A stretch of DNA of 56,737 bases, filler included, from Thelocarpon superellum (lineage: Eukaryota): NCBI GenBank assembly GCA_026025795.1. It is 4 parts of 4 records of this genome, joined end to end, with 100 filler letters (N's around TTAATTAATTAA, not from the genome) between each part and the next. Parts side by side here need not be neighbours in the genome. Positions count along the whole stretch, not along the records: positions 1 to 14,213 come from JAPEUG010000437.1; 3 more parts are not named here. The stretch is one strand, 5' to 3'. The notes beneath the pieces were generated by a model. That model searched no databases. It saw only the letters and a program-made list of their open reading frames with translations, and was not told the DNA's origin. Position numbers and translations under genes: made by a program. Below, piece after piece: positions 1-14,313 of this stretch; the first letter of the stretch is position 1; each line of letters opens with the position of its first letter.

Positions 1-41
1 TGAACGGATGGGCATTTGGCCAGGCCGTACACTGACGCCAG

Positions 42-288
42 AAATTTGTCGAATGGAGCCGACCTTTGGCCATTTCAAAATCATAGCGCATCTTCGATTG
101 CCAATACTGTTGAGCACGATTTTCAGACGGTCAAGGAGAGGAAGGGGCTGTCGGCGGGAGCATTCAGGAGGACCGCTTTGGCTGAAACGTCTCAGGTCTT
201 GAGCAGGCCGAGGCAGCCCAGATGGCTCGTTCCTGGCGGCCACGCACGAAATGCGAGCACGAGCACATCTTTCGCGACGGTTGCATGA
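42..288 (+). CDS. Probable last exon of an unidentified gene entering from the left edge
   Basis: Branch/acceptor-like CTGACGCCAG near 32-41, then an open, protein-like frame (...HDFQTVKERKGLSAGAFRRTALAETSQVL...) to TGA 286-288. No family recognised. Confidence 0.4.
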
Positions 289-1114
289 AGCATCGTATTT
301 GCAGACCGAGGTTGCACGCATCTAGTCCTACGATGCGCCAAACGCGAATTCCATTTCCAGACTGCTTCGTAACACTCCGTTCCTACCAGACCTGCTCGTG
401 GTGTTCTGTTGTTGGCCGGAGCGAGTGGCTTTGCAAGTCGTGTAACCGCCCGGGTCATAAGACGGCCGCGGCGGCATCGATCTCGGCGGGACCAATCTAC
501 TCTTACCGTTAGTGCGGCTGGCGCTGGCCCAGAAGCCCCTGGTGATCTGGAAGAGCCGAGCTTTTCAGGAGGGCACCCACTAAGGTTGAGCGCTGAGCTG
601 CCCAACCCAGCCGAAAGTCCGGAACGGCCGGAGCCGATCGCGTAGGGGCGCCTGCACGGGTACGCGGAATGTCAGAAGTGGCGAACACGTCCCACGTACA
701 ATTTGGTGTGGGCCTCTAGCCACGACTTTGGGGATCTCGACGGCTTGGCCTTAGTCACTTCCCATCACTGCCCTACCCGGGAGCGTCAGTCTCACCTCAT
801 TGCCCTCCACCAGCCGTGCGCCACCTGGTGAGACCCAAATAGAACACCAAGCGTCTGGGAGCTGGTCTTCCCCTTCGCACGCCTCCTTGAAATCGAACAA
901 CCTTCTTTTGCTTCGGTGCGCCCACGACATATACCACCCTATCCCATTCTTTCCACTTCTTTGTTCGCCCCGGGCCACGGTGCATCACCTCCTAATACCT
1001 CTTCACGCTTACGCGATCACGACCGAATGATGCCGGATTACGGAAAGAGTGTCTAATGCGGCTGCCCCGCTCCAACCTGGGTCTTTGAAGTCACAGCACT
1101 GTCCCAACCTCATC

Positions 1115-4100
1115 ATGGCCCCGTCATATCGCCCAGTCCCGTCGGAAGAGCTCAAAACGATGCCAGCGCATCTGGCGACCACGACCTTGCGGGTGGAGGG
1201 AATGACCTGCGGAGCTTGCACGTCGGCCATTGAAACGGGATTCCGAGGCATGTCGGGCATCGGCACGGTCTCGGTGAGCCTGGTGATGGAGCGCGCCATC
1301 GTCACCCACGACCCAGCGACGATCTCCGCCGACCAGATCAAGACGGTCATTGAGGATCGCGGTTTTGACGCCGTCGTCCTCTCCACCGACAACCTCACCC
1401 CCCCAAGGGATTCGCAGCAGGATGGGGAGGATGAGATCGATGATGAACGTCCCCGCGCGGGATCATCATGTGCCACGACCACACTCCGAGTGGAGGGCAT
1501 GACCTGCGGCGCCTGCACCTCCGCCATCGACGCCGGCTTTCAGGACGTGCCCGGCGTCAAGTCCTGCAGCGTCTCTCTGCTCTCGGAGCGTGTCGTGGTG
1601 GAGCACGACACGACGCTGCTGAGTCCCCAGCAAATTGTCACCATCATCGAGGAGAAGGGTTTCGACGCCACTGTGCTGGACACGCGCGCCCCCCAACCCC
1701 TACCCTCGGCCTCCGCCAGACGAAAGGGCCGCAAGCAGCAGATCGCCCTCGCCACGACCACCGTGGCGGTGGAAGGGATGACGTGTGGGGCGTGCACTTC
1801 GGCCGTGGAAGCAGGCTTCAATGGCGTAGACGGTGTGGTGCGATTCAACCTGAGTCTGCTGGCCGAACGAGCCGTCGTGGTGCACGACCCCTCCCGTCTT
1901 TCGACGGAAAAAATCGTGTCCATCATCGAAGACAGAGGCTTTGATGCGCGCATCCTCTCTTCGCAACTGCAAGGCGTTCAGCAGACCTCCGATCTCTCGA
2001 CGGCACAGCTCAAGCTCTTCGGCCTGACCGATGCGTCACGGGCCTCCGCACTTGAGTCCGACCTCCGATCTCTCTCGGGCGTTCGATCGGCCGTCATTGC
2101 GCTGAACACGTCCCGCGCCACGGTGGTCCATGACCCATCCAGAACCGGTCTTCGGGCCATCGTCGAAGCCATCGAAGGGGCGGGATTCAACGCCCTCATC
2201 GCCGATTCCGATGACTCGAATGCCCAGCTCGAGTCGCTGGCCAAGACGAAAGAAATCCAGGAATGGCGGAGAGCCTTCCGCATCTGTCTCTGCTTCGCCT
2301 TTCCTGTCTTCTTCATCAACATCGTCTTCCCCATGTGCATCCCCGCCCTAGACTTCGGCCGGCTCGCCCTGCCCCTCCCAGGCCTGTACATGGGAGACGT
2401 CGCCAGTCTTCTCCTCACCATGCCGGTGCAGTTTGGGATCGGACGCCGATTCTATCGGTCCGCGTTCAAATCCCTGCGGCACGGGTCGCCCACGATGGAT
2501 GTGCTCGTGGTGCTGGGAACATCGGCTGCCTTCTTCTTCAGTTTCGCGGCCATGCTCGTGTCGGTGTTCGCCGCGCCGCATACCCGGCCGTCGACCGTCT
2601 TTGACACGAGCACCATGCTGATCACCTTCATCACCCTCGGGCGCTACCTGGAGAATCGTGCCAAGGGACAGACCTCCAAGGCCCTGTCGCGCCTTATGTC
2701 GCTTGCACCCTCCATGGCCACCATCTACACCGACCCCATCGCGGCTGACAAAGCCGCCGAGCAGTGGGACCTTGCCACGTCCCCCGCCGACGAGAAGTCG
2801 ACAGGCGCCAAGGACGGCGGAGCGAAGGCCGCTGAGGAGAAGGTTATCCCCACTGAGCTCATCCAGGTGGGCGACATCGTCATCCTGCGCCCGGGAGATA
2901 AGATCCCAGCTGATGGGACGATCACGCGAGGGGAAAGCTACGTGGACGAGAGCATGGTGACGGGAGAAGCGATGCCAATTCTCAAACGTGCCGGTAGCGC
3001 GGTCATCGCCGGCACGGTCAACGGGAATGGCCGCATCGACTTCCGCGTCACTCGTGCTGGACGAGACACGCAGCTCAGCCAAATCGTCAAGTTGGTGCAA
3101 GAGGCACAGACGAGCCGGGCGCCCATCCAGCGCATGGCGGATATTGTGGCCGGCTACTTTGTGCCCTGTGTCATCACCCTTGGTCTCGTCACCTTTGTGG
3201 GCTGGTGGATCCTCAGCCATCTCCTACCGCACCCCCCCGCCATCTTCACCAGTCACGAGAGTGGGGGAACGCTCATGGTGTGCCTCAAGCTGTGCATCTC
3301 CGTCATCGTCTTTGCCTGCCCATGCGCCCTTGGCCTGAGCACGCCTACCGCCGTCATGGTGGGGACGGGTGTGGGCGCGGAGCACGGCATCCTGGTCAAG
3401 GGGGGTGCTGCGCTGGAGATGGCGACACGCATCACACACATCGTGCTTGACAAGACCGGCACCTTGACCATGGGCAAGATGAGCGTGGCCGACGCGAAGC
3501 TCGAGTCGGTCTGGGAGAGCAACGAGTGGCGGAAACGCTTGTGGTGGACGCTCGTCGGCCTCGCCGAGATGGGGAGTGAGCATCCCGTTGGCCGTGCCGC
3601 CCTGGTCGCCGCAAAGGGGGAGCTGGGTCTTGGGAGCGAAGGGACGATTGACGGAAGCATCGGCGAGTTCGAGGCCGTCGTCGGTCGTGGCGTCAGTGCC
3701 CTTGTCGAACCCACCACGAGCGCCGAGCGACGACGATTTCGGGTCCTGGTTGGAAATGCACGATATCTGCGAGACCGAGGCGTGACCGTTCCCGCCGGCA
3801 CCAGCCCGCACGTCTCTCCGTCGCGCGCCCCTCGGTCGTCCAAGACGGGAGCAACAGAGCAAGATGGTCGAACGACAATCTTCGTGGCCATCGACGACTC
3901 GTACGCGGGCCAACTCTCCCTCTCCGACACGCTCAAGCCGACGGCAACCGCGGCCATCACCGCGCTCCACCGCCTCGGAATCACAACATCTCTCGTCACG
4001 GGGGACCAAGCATCCGCTGCCCACGCCATCGCCGAAATGGTCGGCATCTCGCGATCGTCCGTACACGCCGGGGTCTCACCGGACCAGAAACAGTCCATCA

Positions 4101-4702
4101 TCCGCGACCTGCAAGAAGCAGGCGAAGTCGTGGCGATGGTCGGTGACGGAATCAACGACTCACCGGCCCTCGCAACGGCGGACGTCGGCATCGCCATGGC
4201 GTCAGGCACTGACGTCGCCATGGAAGCGGCCGACATTGTGCTGATGCGGCCGCAGGACCTGCTCGACGTCCCCGGGTCGTTGCACCTCGCACGCACCATC
4301 TTCAACCGGATCAAGCTGAATCTAGTCTGGGCGTGTATCTACAACATCATTGGGCTCCCCTTCGCCATGGGCTTTTTCCTCCCCTTCGGCTGGCACCTGC
4401 ATCCCATGGCCGCGGGGCTCGCCATGGCCGCGAGCAGCGTCAGCGTGGTCGGCAGCAGTCTGCTGCTGAAGTTCTGGAAGCGGCCGCGCTGGATGAGCGT
4501 CGCCGCGCTGGAAAACGAGCAGGGCAACGCGGCCGCCGCGGCGGGCTTGGCTAAACGGCGCCGGAGTCGTGCCGGCTGGCGCGCTGCTACTTTCAACTCG
4601 CGCTTCTCCTTCCCTGCAGTCCGCGCCTGGTGGCCTGATGCTCGTCGACGAGGTGACGAGGCTAGCTACGTCCCGCTGAGAGACGTCGAGCCTGATGTCT
4701 GA
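1115..4702 (+). CDS. CCC2: Copper-transporting P1B-type ATPase (Ccc2/ATP7-like), intronless
   Basis: Three GMTCGAC HMA domains plus a degenerate fourth; TGEA, CPC, DKTGTLT, SEHP, GDGIND, YN and MAASSVSV motifs. First ATG is at 1115 (the ORF track starts at GTG 1049). Confidence 0.96.
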   Translation: MAPSYRPVPSEELKTMPAHLATTTLRVEGMTCGACTSAIETGFRGMSGIGTVSVSLVMERAIVTHDPATISADQIKTVIEDRGFDAVVLSTDNLTPPRDSQQDGEDEIDDERPRAGSSCATTTLRVEGMTCGACTSAIDAGFQDVPGVKSCSVSLLSERVVVEHDTTLLSPQQIVTIIEEKGFDATVLDTRAPQPLPSASARRKGRKQQIALATTTVAVEGMTCGACTSAVEAGFNGVDGVVRFNLSLLAERAVVVHDPSRLSTEKIVSIIEDRGFDARILSSQLQGVQQTSDLSTAQLKLFGLTDASRASALESDLRSLSGVRSAVIALNTSRATVVHDPSRTGLRAIVEAIEGAGFNALIADSDDSNAQLESLAKTKEIQEWRRAFRICLCFAFPVFFINIVFPMCIPALDFGRLALPLPGLYMGDVASLLLTMPVQFGIGRRFYRSAFKSLRHGSPTMDVLVVLGTSAAFFFSFAAMLVSVFAAPHTRPSTVFDTSTMLITFITLGRYLENRAKGQTSKALSRLMSLAPSMATIYTDPIAADKAAEQWDLATSPADEKSTGAKDGGAKAAEEKVIPTELIQVGDIVILRPGDKIPADGTITRGESYVDESMVTGEAMPILKRAGSAVIAGTVNGNGRIDFRVTRAGRDTQLSQIVKLVQEAQTSRAPIQRMADIVAGYFVPCVITLGLVTFVGWWILSHLLPHPPAIFTSHESGGTLMVCLKLCISVIVFACPCALGLSTPTAVMVGTGVGAEHGILVKGGAALEMATRITHIVLDKTGTLTMGKMSVADAKLESVWESNEWRKRLWWTLVGLAEMGSEHPVGRAALVAAKGELGLGSEGTIDGSIGEFEAVVGRGVSALVEPTTSAERRRFRVLVGNARYLRDRGVTVPAGTSPHVSPSRAPRSSKTGATEQDGRTTIFVAIDDSYAGQLSLSDTLKPTATAAITALHRLGITTSLVTGDQASAAHAIAEMVGISRSSVHAGVSPDQKQSIIRDLQEAGEVVAMVGDGINDSPALATADVGIAMASGTDVAMEAADIVLMRPQDLLDVPGSLHLARTIFNRIKLNLVWACIYNIIGLPFAMGFFLPFGWHLHPMAAGLAMAASSVSVVGSSLLLKFWKRPRWMSVAALENEQGNAAAAAGLAKRRRSRAGWRAATFNSRFSFPAVRAWWPDARRRGDEASYVPLRDVEPDV

Positions 4703-4928
4703 TGACCGGTGCATACCAAAGCCTTTCTAGCTCACTGTCAATGCATCTGCCTGCGAGTCTGTCTTGAGTGCATGAGGCGGGGCATAGCGATTGTGCGTTG
4801 TGACGGGCGGAAGTCAATGAATTTCAATGTAGGGGCACATGGGACCAATGGAATGATAAGCTGCGAATCTCCCAAATCTCCCAAATCTCCACCACTATCA
4901 CCATCACCAAGGTGACTCGTAATGCAGG

Positions 4929-6050
4929 TCATCTACTTCCAGATCCATTCCCAGCACCGTATTCATCGTCCTCACCCCCCTCCCCACCGCTTTCCTCGTC
5001 CTCGTCACCCTCTCCCTGCTCCGGCAAGAAAGGCACGAACCTAAAATCGACAAAACTGACTCCCCCGCCCTCGGTCTCAATCATAAATTGCAGGCTCAAC
5101 ACACCCTGCTCGTCGCCGCGAATGCTGACTTTGGACGCGATGGCCATGGCGCGCGACGCGGCCTTGATACTGGCGTATTTGTAGGTATTGACGGTGCGGT
5201 GGGCCACCTGGAACGTCTCGAGCAGCGCCGGATCTTTGCTGAATTCGACGCTGGCGGAGCCGAGCGGGCCCGTGGACGCCAGGCTAAAGTACGGCGCGCT
5301 GGGCGACGCAATGATGGTGAGGCGCGTGGGAGACGTGGAGGAGAGCTCGTTGATGGCGTCGTGGAGCCAGCTTGCGCGCATGATGATTTTCTGGGCCAGC
5401 TTGTCCCGCTGTAAAGGGATTTCTTCTTGCATCTCGGGTTCGTAGGTCACCAATTCGCAGGTTGTCGTCACGCCCGCTTCTTCCAGGATGATGCAGAAAG
5501 GTGAGCCTGTGCCGCCGTAGCTGAGCCGGCAGACGCCCGTCATGCCTAGTACGCGGCTGTCGAGCGCGGCAAGCGCCCCCCCTCGTGACAGGTTCCCCGT
5601 CACGCCGCTGTTGTAGGGGTTTGCGTCGCGCGACCAACGGTCTTTGGACGTGTCTGCGCCGAATATCTGCAGTGTCTCCAGTAGCGCGGGTAGGGATATT
5701 TGAAAAGTCAGAGGCGTGGAGTCTCCGTCGTCGTCGTCGTCGTCGTTGTCGCCATCGGCATCATTCGTCGCGGTCGCACCCTGGGCTGCATTGTAGTTGA
5801 AGGTGGTGAAGAGTGCTTTGTCAAGGAACGCCAGGCCTTAGTTCAAGTCAGCGTGCGTCGGATCAGAGGTGGGGCCATACGGACCCTGCATCACCCGGGA
5901 GTCCTCCACACTAAAGCGGATCCCCTCCGACGTAATCTGGACTTGGGTCTTTACAGCGAAGCTTATACATCTCAGCAACAGAAAGAGCTGACGAGCCGAG
6001 CTCGACACGGCGCTGAAAGAGGCAGAGTGCCCTTCAGCCTGAGATGTCAT
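4929..6050 (-). CDS. rad1: 9-1-1 checkpoint clamp subunit Rad1/Rec1 (S. cerevisiae Rad17 family), 2 exons
   Basis: Exon 1 MTSQ...FSAVSSSARQLFLLLRCISF...VEDSRVMQG; intron 5884-5837; exon 2 LAFLDKALF...TTCELVTYEP...KVSIRGDEQGVLSLQFMIE...FVDFRFVP with an acidic tail. Confidence 0.9.
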
Positions 6051-6906
6051 CGAGGCTGGTGGGAATATAACGGAAAGGCTGGATTAGGATTGCGATGGTA
6101 TCCCAACTACGGACGCCGATATGATGATGATACAGACAAGCCGCACGCAAGCCCTTCCAAGGGCGTGACTGAGGAAAGGAGAGGTGTTGGCTAGACGTAG
6201 ACTCCAACCGCACAGATCGTAAAGACCGCACCGAATCTGGAGCAACGTTAGACAATCTCTGATGCCGTGGGGATCCCGGGTCTAACCCAAACGCCAGAGC
6301 AGCAGGAAGGCCAACGAGAGGGAGGTTGATGAACGATCGATCTAGACGGTCGTTAACAGGAAGCTGTGGGAACGTAGGGTATTCTCAGAGCTTTCCACGT
6401 ACTCAATGAGAAGTATCCAGTCAGGACAAAGCCTACACATGTTCAGTATGGAGGGTATGTTCCCGGAAGCAAAAGAAGCATACCGATGAGCAGCAAGGCA
6501 AAGCCAACTGTAAATTGATTGTCTTTCCCGACCACTGGCTGGAACGCACCTTCCGCGGCAGCGTCCCAAACTTGAGACAATGAGGACATTGCTAGCTGGA
6601 GATGACGATATAGATCTCGAATCGATCAGAGAATCGAGGTAAGAGGATAGATCGGACCTTCGGCGTGCCGTGGACAGCTCTTCACGATCTTGGGAGAGCA
6701 GCGGTATAGGTGCGAGTACCCATCTGGTCCTTACGGACACCCGTGGCTTTTCCCGCCTGACACCCGCTAAGCTAGCGCGATTTTAGAGGCAAGTGCCGAA
6801 CCGAATGATGACTAAGCACGAGTATCACGAACCGCGATGGGTGCACCTTCACTCACGGTCGCTGTGGGAGACGATGGCAAGCCACTCGTGACAGGCTATT
6901 GCCGGA

Positions 6907-8503
<1,597 letters not shown>

Positions 8504-8852
8504 GTTCGACAAAGCGAGATGGAATGCAGCGGGCGCGCAACGATCGTTGGGTAGGCGTTGGAGGGAGCAAATGCGGCATCCGTGCCACTTCGGCTAGCGG
8601 GAGGAAGGGGAAGGAGGGGGGGCGGGGTTCCTTGCATGCGTACGCACCGTGGGTTCGGCCGCGTGAAAGGTAGCGTGAGACAAACCCGCTGCTACTTTCA
8701 ATACACATCATAGCCAAGAAGGGCCGAGGGATGCTGGTAGGGGCTGAGCGAAAATACATAGCAGACCATGCGCTGCACAGCTACGCGGCTAGACTATCGC
8801 ATGCGGAAACGGCCCTGAAGGAGAAGGCAGAGGTATGAGATGGCGCAAGAAT

Positions 8853-10576
8853 TCACCCTGTCCCGTCCATCACACACGTTGCCTTTTCTCCCTCCTCTTC
8901 CCCGTCTCCTGTTTCCTCCTTGACAGCATCCATCGTCCCCTCCGCATCAGCATCAGCGAGCACGATGTCCGCAGCCTCGCCCACGCTCGTGCCCACGTCG
9001 TCGGCCTTCTTCCGCGCCTCTTCACCGGCTACACCGGCTACACCGGCCTGCGGGGACGGAGAGAGCGCCGCGTCGTCATCACCCTGCGCCATCGTCGCGT
9101 CCTTGTCTCGCCCCGCCTCTCCCCTGTCGTCCTGACCCTGCACGTGGCCCATATGCGGCACGCTTCTCCCGAGCGCCGCCTCAACGTCAAAGCCAGCTTT
9201 ATGGCCCGGCGAGCGGCCCTGTGGTCCCATGTCCTCGACGCCCACGAGGTCCGGGCCGCGCGCGTGTGGATGGTCGTGTTCGCTCTCGCCCTCGCCCTCG
9301 CCCTCGTCCTCGTCGGCGTGCTCGTTCTCTTCGACCGCGGCACCCGTGCTGGAACTAGAGCTGGAGCTGGAGCTGGAGCTGGCGGCGGCGTGGCTCTCAG
9401 AGGCTAGCCCGCGCGCCGTCGCGCTCCGCGTTTGTCGGCCGGTGATGTGCGCCACGGGCACGACGCCCGCTTCTTGCTCCTGCCGTAGCAGCTCCCCCTG
9501 TGTCACGGCGCCAGCTTCGCGCATCGCGGACTCATGTGCGATGCGCGGTGACGTGCTGGGGATGCCACGCACGGACACGGATACCGTCTCGATGCTGCCG
9601 GCGCCATTGGGCCCATCGACAATCTCTGTGCTCTCGGTTCGTACTTCGCCTTGCTGGTCATGTAGCAGCCATGGAATCGGCGTCAGAAGCGCCCCACCGA
9701 GGCTTTCGTCGCTCCCTAGTCCCCCGGCGGACGATGCACCGCTCGGCAACAGACCACCAGTGCCGTTCAGGAGTCCCCCTTCGTTGCTCTCCGTCGTCAC
9801 CGCTGCGGCAGCGAGCGGGAAGATGTCCGCGGTGGAGGAGACGGAGACGACGCGGTCAAGAGCACGTAGATAGGAGGGCAGGGCGCGATAATGCGCCCGT
9901 GGGCGAAGAATGAGCTCTGCTAGGCGCTGGATTGTATAAGGCGGGGTGGTGGGGAAGTTGGTCGTCAAGGTATGACGGATGGCTTTCAATGTGACGAGAA
10001 GCTCGGGAGGAAGTGTGCGGTCAGGAGGGGTGAGCGTATGTCCTTCGGCCTGTAGACCCGACGTTGCCTCCTCTACGCTCGACGAGAAAGCAGGGACCGG
10101 GGGCCGAGGGGGCGATCGTGGCGGGGCATTCTCTTTGTTGTTCACCTGGGAGCTTGGCGACGAAGACCCCTGACTAGAAAGTGCTTCGGTCGGGATGGAG
10201 GAGCGAGAGGGTCTGGAGTAATTCGCGGCGGATATGATCGGTATTCGGGGCGGAGGAAATTCATTGTGCGTGATCTGAAGAAGTCCGTCAGCCTGATCGT
10301 CGTCGTGTCGCGGGGCTCGCCCGTACGTGGTCAAGCCGGGGCAGGAGCCGTTCAAGTAGTGCAGGCCACTCCCCGCTGTCAAGATGATGGTTAGAATACC
10401 GAGCAGAGAATGCGATCAAGTCTGGGCCTTACTAGTCCATCGTGCCGCCCCGCGCGACATCTTCGAGCACATCGACATCTGGGGCTCATTTGAGTCAGCA
10501 TCGTGATGGACCTCATCCACTCGCACGACAGGACGAGGACTTTCGTCGCAGTCGGATCCATACCTGAGCGGACCAT
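8853..10576 (-). CDS. PSY4: Protein phosphatase 4 regulatory subunit R2 (Psy4/PPP4R2 family)
   Basis: Core PPYTIQRLAELILRP...LRALDRVVSVSS. Spliced N-terminus MVRS|DVDVLEDVARGGTMD|YGEWPALLERLLPRLDH|ITHNEF via three GT-AG introns; acidic disordered tail. Confidence 0.85.
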
Positions 10577-12528
10577 TGTGGACCCTGCCCCGCACTAGCC
10601 CGCCCTGGCAGCGGATGGATCATACGACAGGTGAGGGTGTGGAGATCGGAGAGCTTGAGGGAGCTTGAGTGCTTGCGTGGGCTAGCAAGTTGGATGGCCC
10701 GTCGAACCGCGACTTTGCACTACTAGCGCGGACTGAGCCACCGCCACTGGTTGCACGAAGTACTCGTACCATGGCAACTCGCGACGACACGTACGGGTCC
10801 AAGCTCGGTAATGGTTCATCAGCGCGAGCAGAAATCTCCAGGTCTTGTCCAGTTTCCGCGCCCTGCCGCAAATGACGTACGTGACGGTAAGTGTGAATGA
10901 TACCCGCAGGACTCATCCCACCCGTACGAAGGTTTTCCCGTGCCAGGTACAAGTGGAGGTCGTATTCCGGTCACGCTCCTCGTCACTATCTGCAAGCCGC
11001 TGAGGAGTACGGAATATCACGGAAGAAGGAAATCTTTGAGGTAAAGATCGATGTCACGATTAAGACTGCTGATGGCTATCCATCCGTGGCGTGGGCTCTG
11101 TTTGCCCGATCATCCTCAGTCGATCGATGCGGACAGACGGATCTACGCTATGTTGCTGAATAGAAAGCAACGGTCCGTCGCCGTGCTTTCCAAATGCCGT
11201 AAGCCATTGTTGTGATGTGGTTCCCGAAGCATGAATCCCGGGTGAGCCACCGGCTCATGCACGCTGCACACTGCACACTGCCCCGCTCTAAGAATAGCCT
11301 GGGCTCAGATCAGGCGTCTGGGCTCGTGTGACTATCTGTATGTCACTTGTAGAGGCCCAACGTTCCGTCTACTCGCACCAGTGCCGCCTGACGGGTGGGT
11401 GTCACCAGGAGAGCAGAGAGAGTTGCAACCAAAACAGCCGTCACCCGTGGCTCGGTCGCATGGATCAGGTAGATGAATTCGGTGCCAAAGAAATTCACCC
11501 CTTCGAAATGGAAGCTCTCTGTCGGCGCCTTTGGCTTACCCTTTCGCTTCTTGTGGCGAGATTCGCGTGCGCTGGGCGCTGGGTTGCCGGGCTCGGTCGC
11601 CGTACCGAGACCTCGCTCCCGACGCTGTGCCTGACAAATTAGAGTCTTTGCGTGGAGCTTCGGAGGTACCCCTACCTAGGGGGGCCATTTGGCAACCCAG
11701 ACCAAGGACAAGCCCAACACGCGGGACTCCTCCCCGGGACGCCTCCCCGGGACTCCTCCTCGCCCTCCACCCGCAACTCCGCCAAGACAAAGCCGAGCCG
11801 CGCCAAAGCCAAGCGTTTCTACCGTTACTTGCCCTTGCTCCATCTAGTCAGCACGACTGACAGGCTCCGGACTCCTCGTTCCCTCGCCCTTCTCCTCACC
11901 ATAATCCTAACCTTCGCTCTGCATCATCCCCTCGCCCTTCGACCCTCGTTTTTCATCCATCCGGGACCCCCCGACCGTGGTACAGTCCAACGATCTTGTC
12001 GCGTGTCGAGCAGACGGTCGGTCTCGGCACTGGTGCCGTGTCCGGTCTCCTTATCTCGCCCAGCAATTCGCCATCTTCGCGGGTGTTTCAGACTCACCCG
12101 CCGTGGCCCATCCTTCTGTGCTCCCGCCCACATACGAAACGCAACCTCTCCGCACCGGTGGAGACGATCAGAACACTTGACTTCCCACCTTCCTCGACAC
12201 CGCTCTCCCCGCAACGGTTCTTACAGGGCTGGTTGCGTTAGGTCAACCGCCACGGTTTTACATCTCCACTCTTTCTTCCCCGGGCCCCTCTTCATCACCC
12301 ATCCACATCCACATCCACATCCCGCCTCACTCCGTCCCTCATCCCGCGACGAGGCTCCGTGATCCGGAGCCCACGGCTACCGCCACGATTATTCGCCACG
12401 AGGCTCGCCGGTCCTTGCTTGGAGGGCAACTGCCTCTCAATCAATCGTATCACCCCCTCGCCGGTGGCTACCACCATCGCGAGGGCCTGACGGGCTCGAC
12501 GCCGGAGAGTCAACGACAGTCCTTCATC

Positions 12529-13723
12529 ATGTATCGGCCCAATTCCATCTGGACCTGGGCCTTTGTCATCATCGCCTTCGTCCAGGCCGCCATCGTCCTG
12601 TCGTTTGAAGGGTGAGCGGAGATGTCGGCGATGCCCTGCCTGATTGTGCTCACACATCCACAGCTACGTCTTCGCCGTCTTTCAAGAGGGCCTCGAGCCG
12701 GGCGCCACGACGCAGCCACAAGATCGTACCATTCCTACCTACCTCACTCTGTTCATCTTCGGTTTCGTCTATCAACTCGTCCTTGTCTGGGACGCGTTGC
12801 GCCTCAAGAACACCATTCAAATCATCGGCCTGTGCGCATACAACCTTGGACTGCTTATCTACGCCGCTGTCCAGATCAACCAGATTAAAGATTCGGTCTT
12901 CAATCTCAGCCATCCGGACTCTGGCCCAGAGTACATCGACCCCAATGCGGACATCTGGGACAAGTCGCAGCCATTCTTGGTGGCGGTACCGTGCATCATC
13001 GCCTTGGGATACGTGCTCATGTCGATTGTCGCCTGGAAGCTGTACGACGAGTTTGCCTGGAGTATCTACAAACACATCAGCGCCGACCTGCGGATGAAGC
13101 GACGATATCTGACCTTTCAGGTGGGTGGAAGAGGATGAGCACGAGACCGACGCACGCTAACGTCATGACAGATCTACATCGCCCTGCTCAAATTTGATTT
13201 CTTCTTCTTCCTGGGCTTCACGGTGCAGTTCGTGGTCATCGTCCTGCCCAGTGCCAAGGATCCCGAGTTCGGGCTAACCATCGCCGCAATTCCCGTGACA
13301 ATTGTCATTCTGGTGTTGGCCGCCTATTGGACGCGAAGAGAGAATACTGTGGGCATGATCGTCATCATCGTAAGCCTGCCCCCTTCCCTTCGTGCTGCCT
13401 TCGCGACTGATGCGTGTCCTCAGGCCCTGTACTTTGCCGCTCTCGCGTATTTCATCTTCAAACTGGTCCGGATCTACGAACCCGGCTTCAGACAGAAGTA
13501 TGCGCCTGCTGCGCGCTCCCTGACGACCTTTGGCGTGATCACGGTGATCTTGATTGTTGTCACCATCATCAACGCATGCATCTGCACCACCAACTTTGGA
13601 AAAGGACTCAAGCCTCACGTCGCACACCGCAAAGTCAACACCAACGACGAGAAGGTGACGATGACGGAGATGCCCACCTATGCCCACCAAGGCACCGTCC
13701 CCAGTCGCATGACGATCGACTAG
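12529..13723 (+). CDS. UPF0658-family multipass (Golgi) membrane protein, 4 exons
   Basis: IPTYLTLFIFGFVYQL..WDALRLKNTIQIIGLC, LYDEFAWSIYKHISADLRMKRRYLTFQ|IYIALLKFDFFFFLGFTVQF, NFGKGLKPH and C-terminal SRMTID; introns near 12612-12663, 13121-13171 and 13370-13423. Confidence 0.85.
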
Positions 13724-14213
13724 TTTTACGCCACCTGTTGGTTGACCTCGGGCTCCTTTCTACGGCGCGTCCTTTTAGCGGGTTGTTTGGTTTTCGCCAC
13801 TTGGGATGGACGGGGGGGTATGGTCTGAATCTGGATCTGGGTCTGGATCTGGGCATGATAGGGAGGGCACCGGACGTGGACGAAGGAGTGGGTATGCAAG
13901 AACATGTGCTTGGGCGCCTATCGTCTACTCTCACTCCCTCTGCGACTCTGCTCTATCCACCAGTCCGATCGATCTCCACGGCGTTGCGCATTCCATGTGA
14001 TTGTGACTGTTACGATTTGTCGTTTCTCCGCCCTTCCCACCCCTGTCTGCCCCCTCATGTCCTAGATGGCTACGGTGGCGTCGGGATGATCTGCTCTGTT
14101 CCAGGAGATGGCGGATTTAAGACCTTACGGCCGACTTGTTTCCGAATCTTTCGATCTTTATGTCTGTCTCTCGCTTTGTCATACGCTCGCTGCGCTCTTC
14201 CAGGACGGGCGTA

Positions 14214-14313
14214 NNNNNNNNNNNNNNNNNNNNNNNNNNNNNNNNNNNNNNNNNNNNTTAATTAATTAANNNNNNNNNNNNNNNNNNNNNNNNNNNNNNN
14301 NNNNNNNNNNNNN
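14214..14313. other. Artificial contig linker N44-TTAATTAATTAA-N44
   Basis: Exactly 100 nt; the central 12-mer gives stop codons in all six frames; identical to the other two gaps. Confidence 0.97.

Noticed and set aside
2005..2200. Fourth HMA domain of CCC2 lacks CxxC
   Set aside because: A degenerate membrane-proximal HMA is, to my knowledge, common in filamentous-fungal orthologues.
10770..11170. Possible small spliced gene divergent from PSY4 (GTAAGT donor at 10888)
   Set aside because: Splice phases do not join the protein-like frames without stops.
14258..14269. TTAATTAATTAA as a biological motif or transposon target site
   Set aside because: Centred in N runs and identical at all three gaps; an assembly linker.
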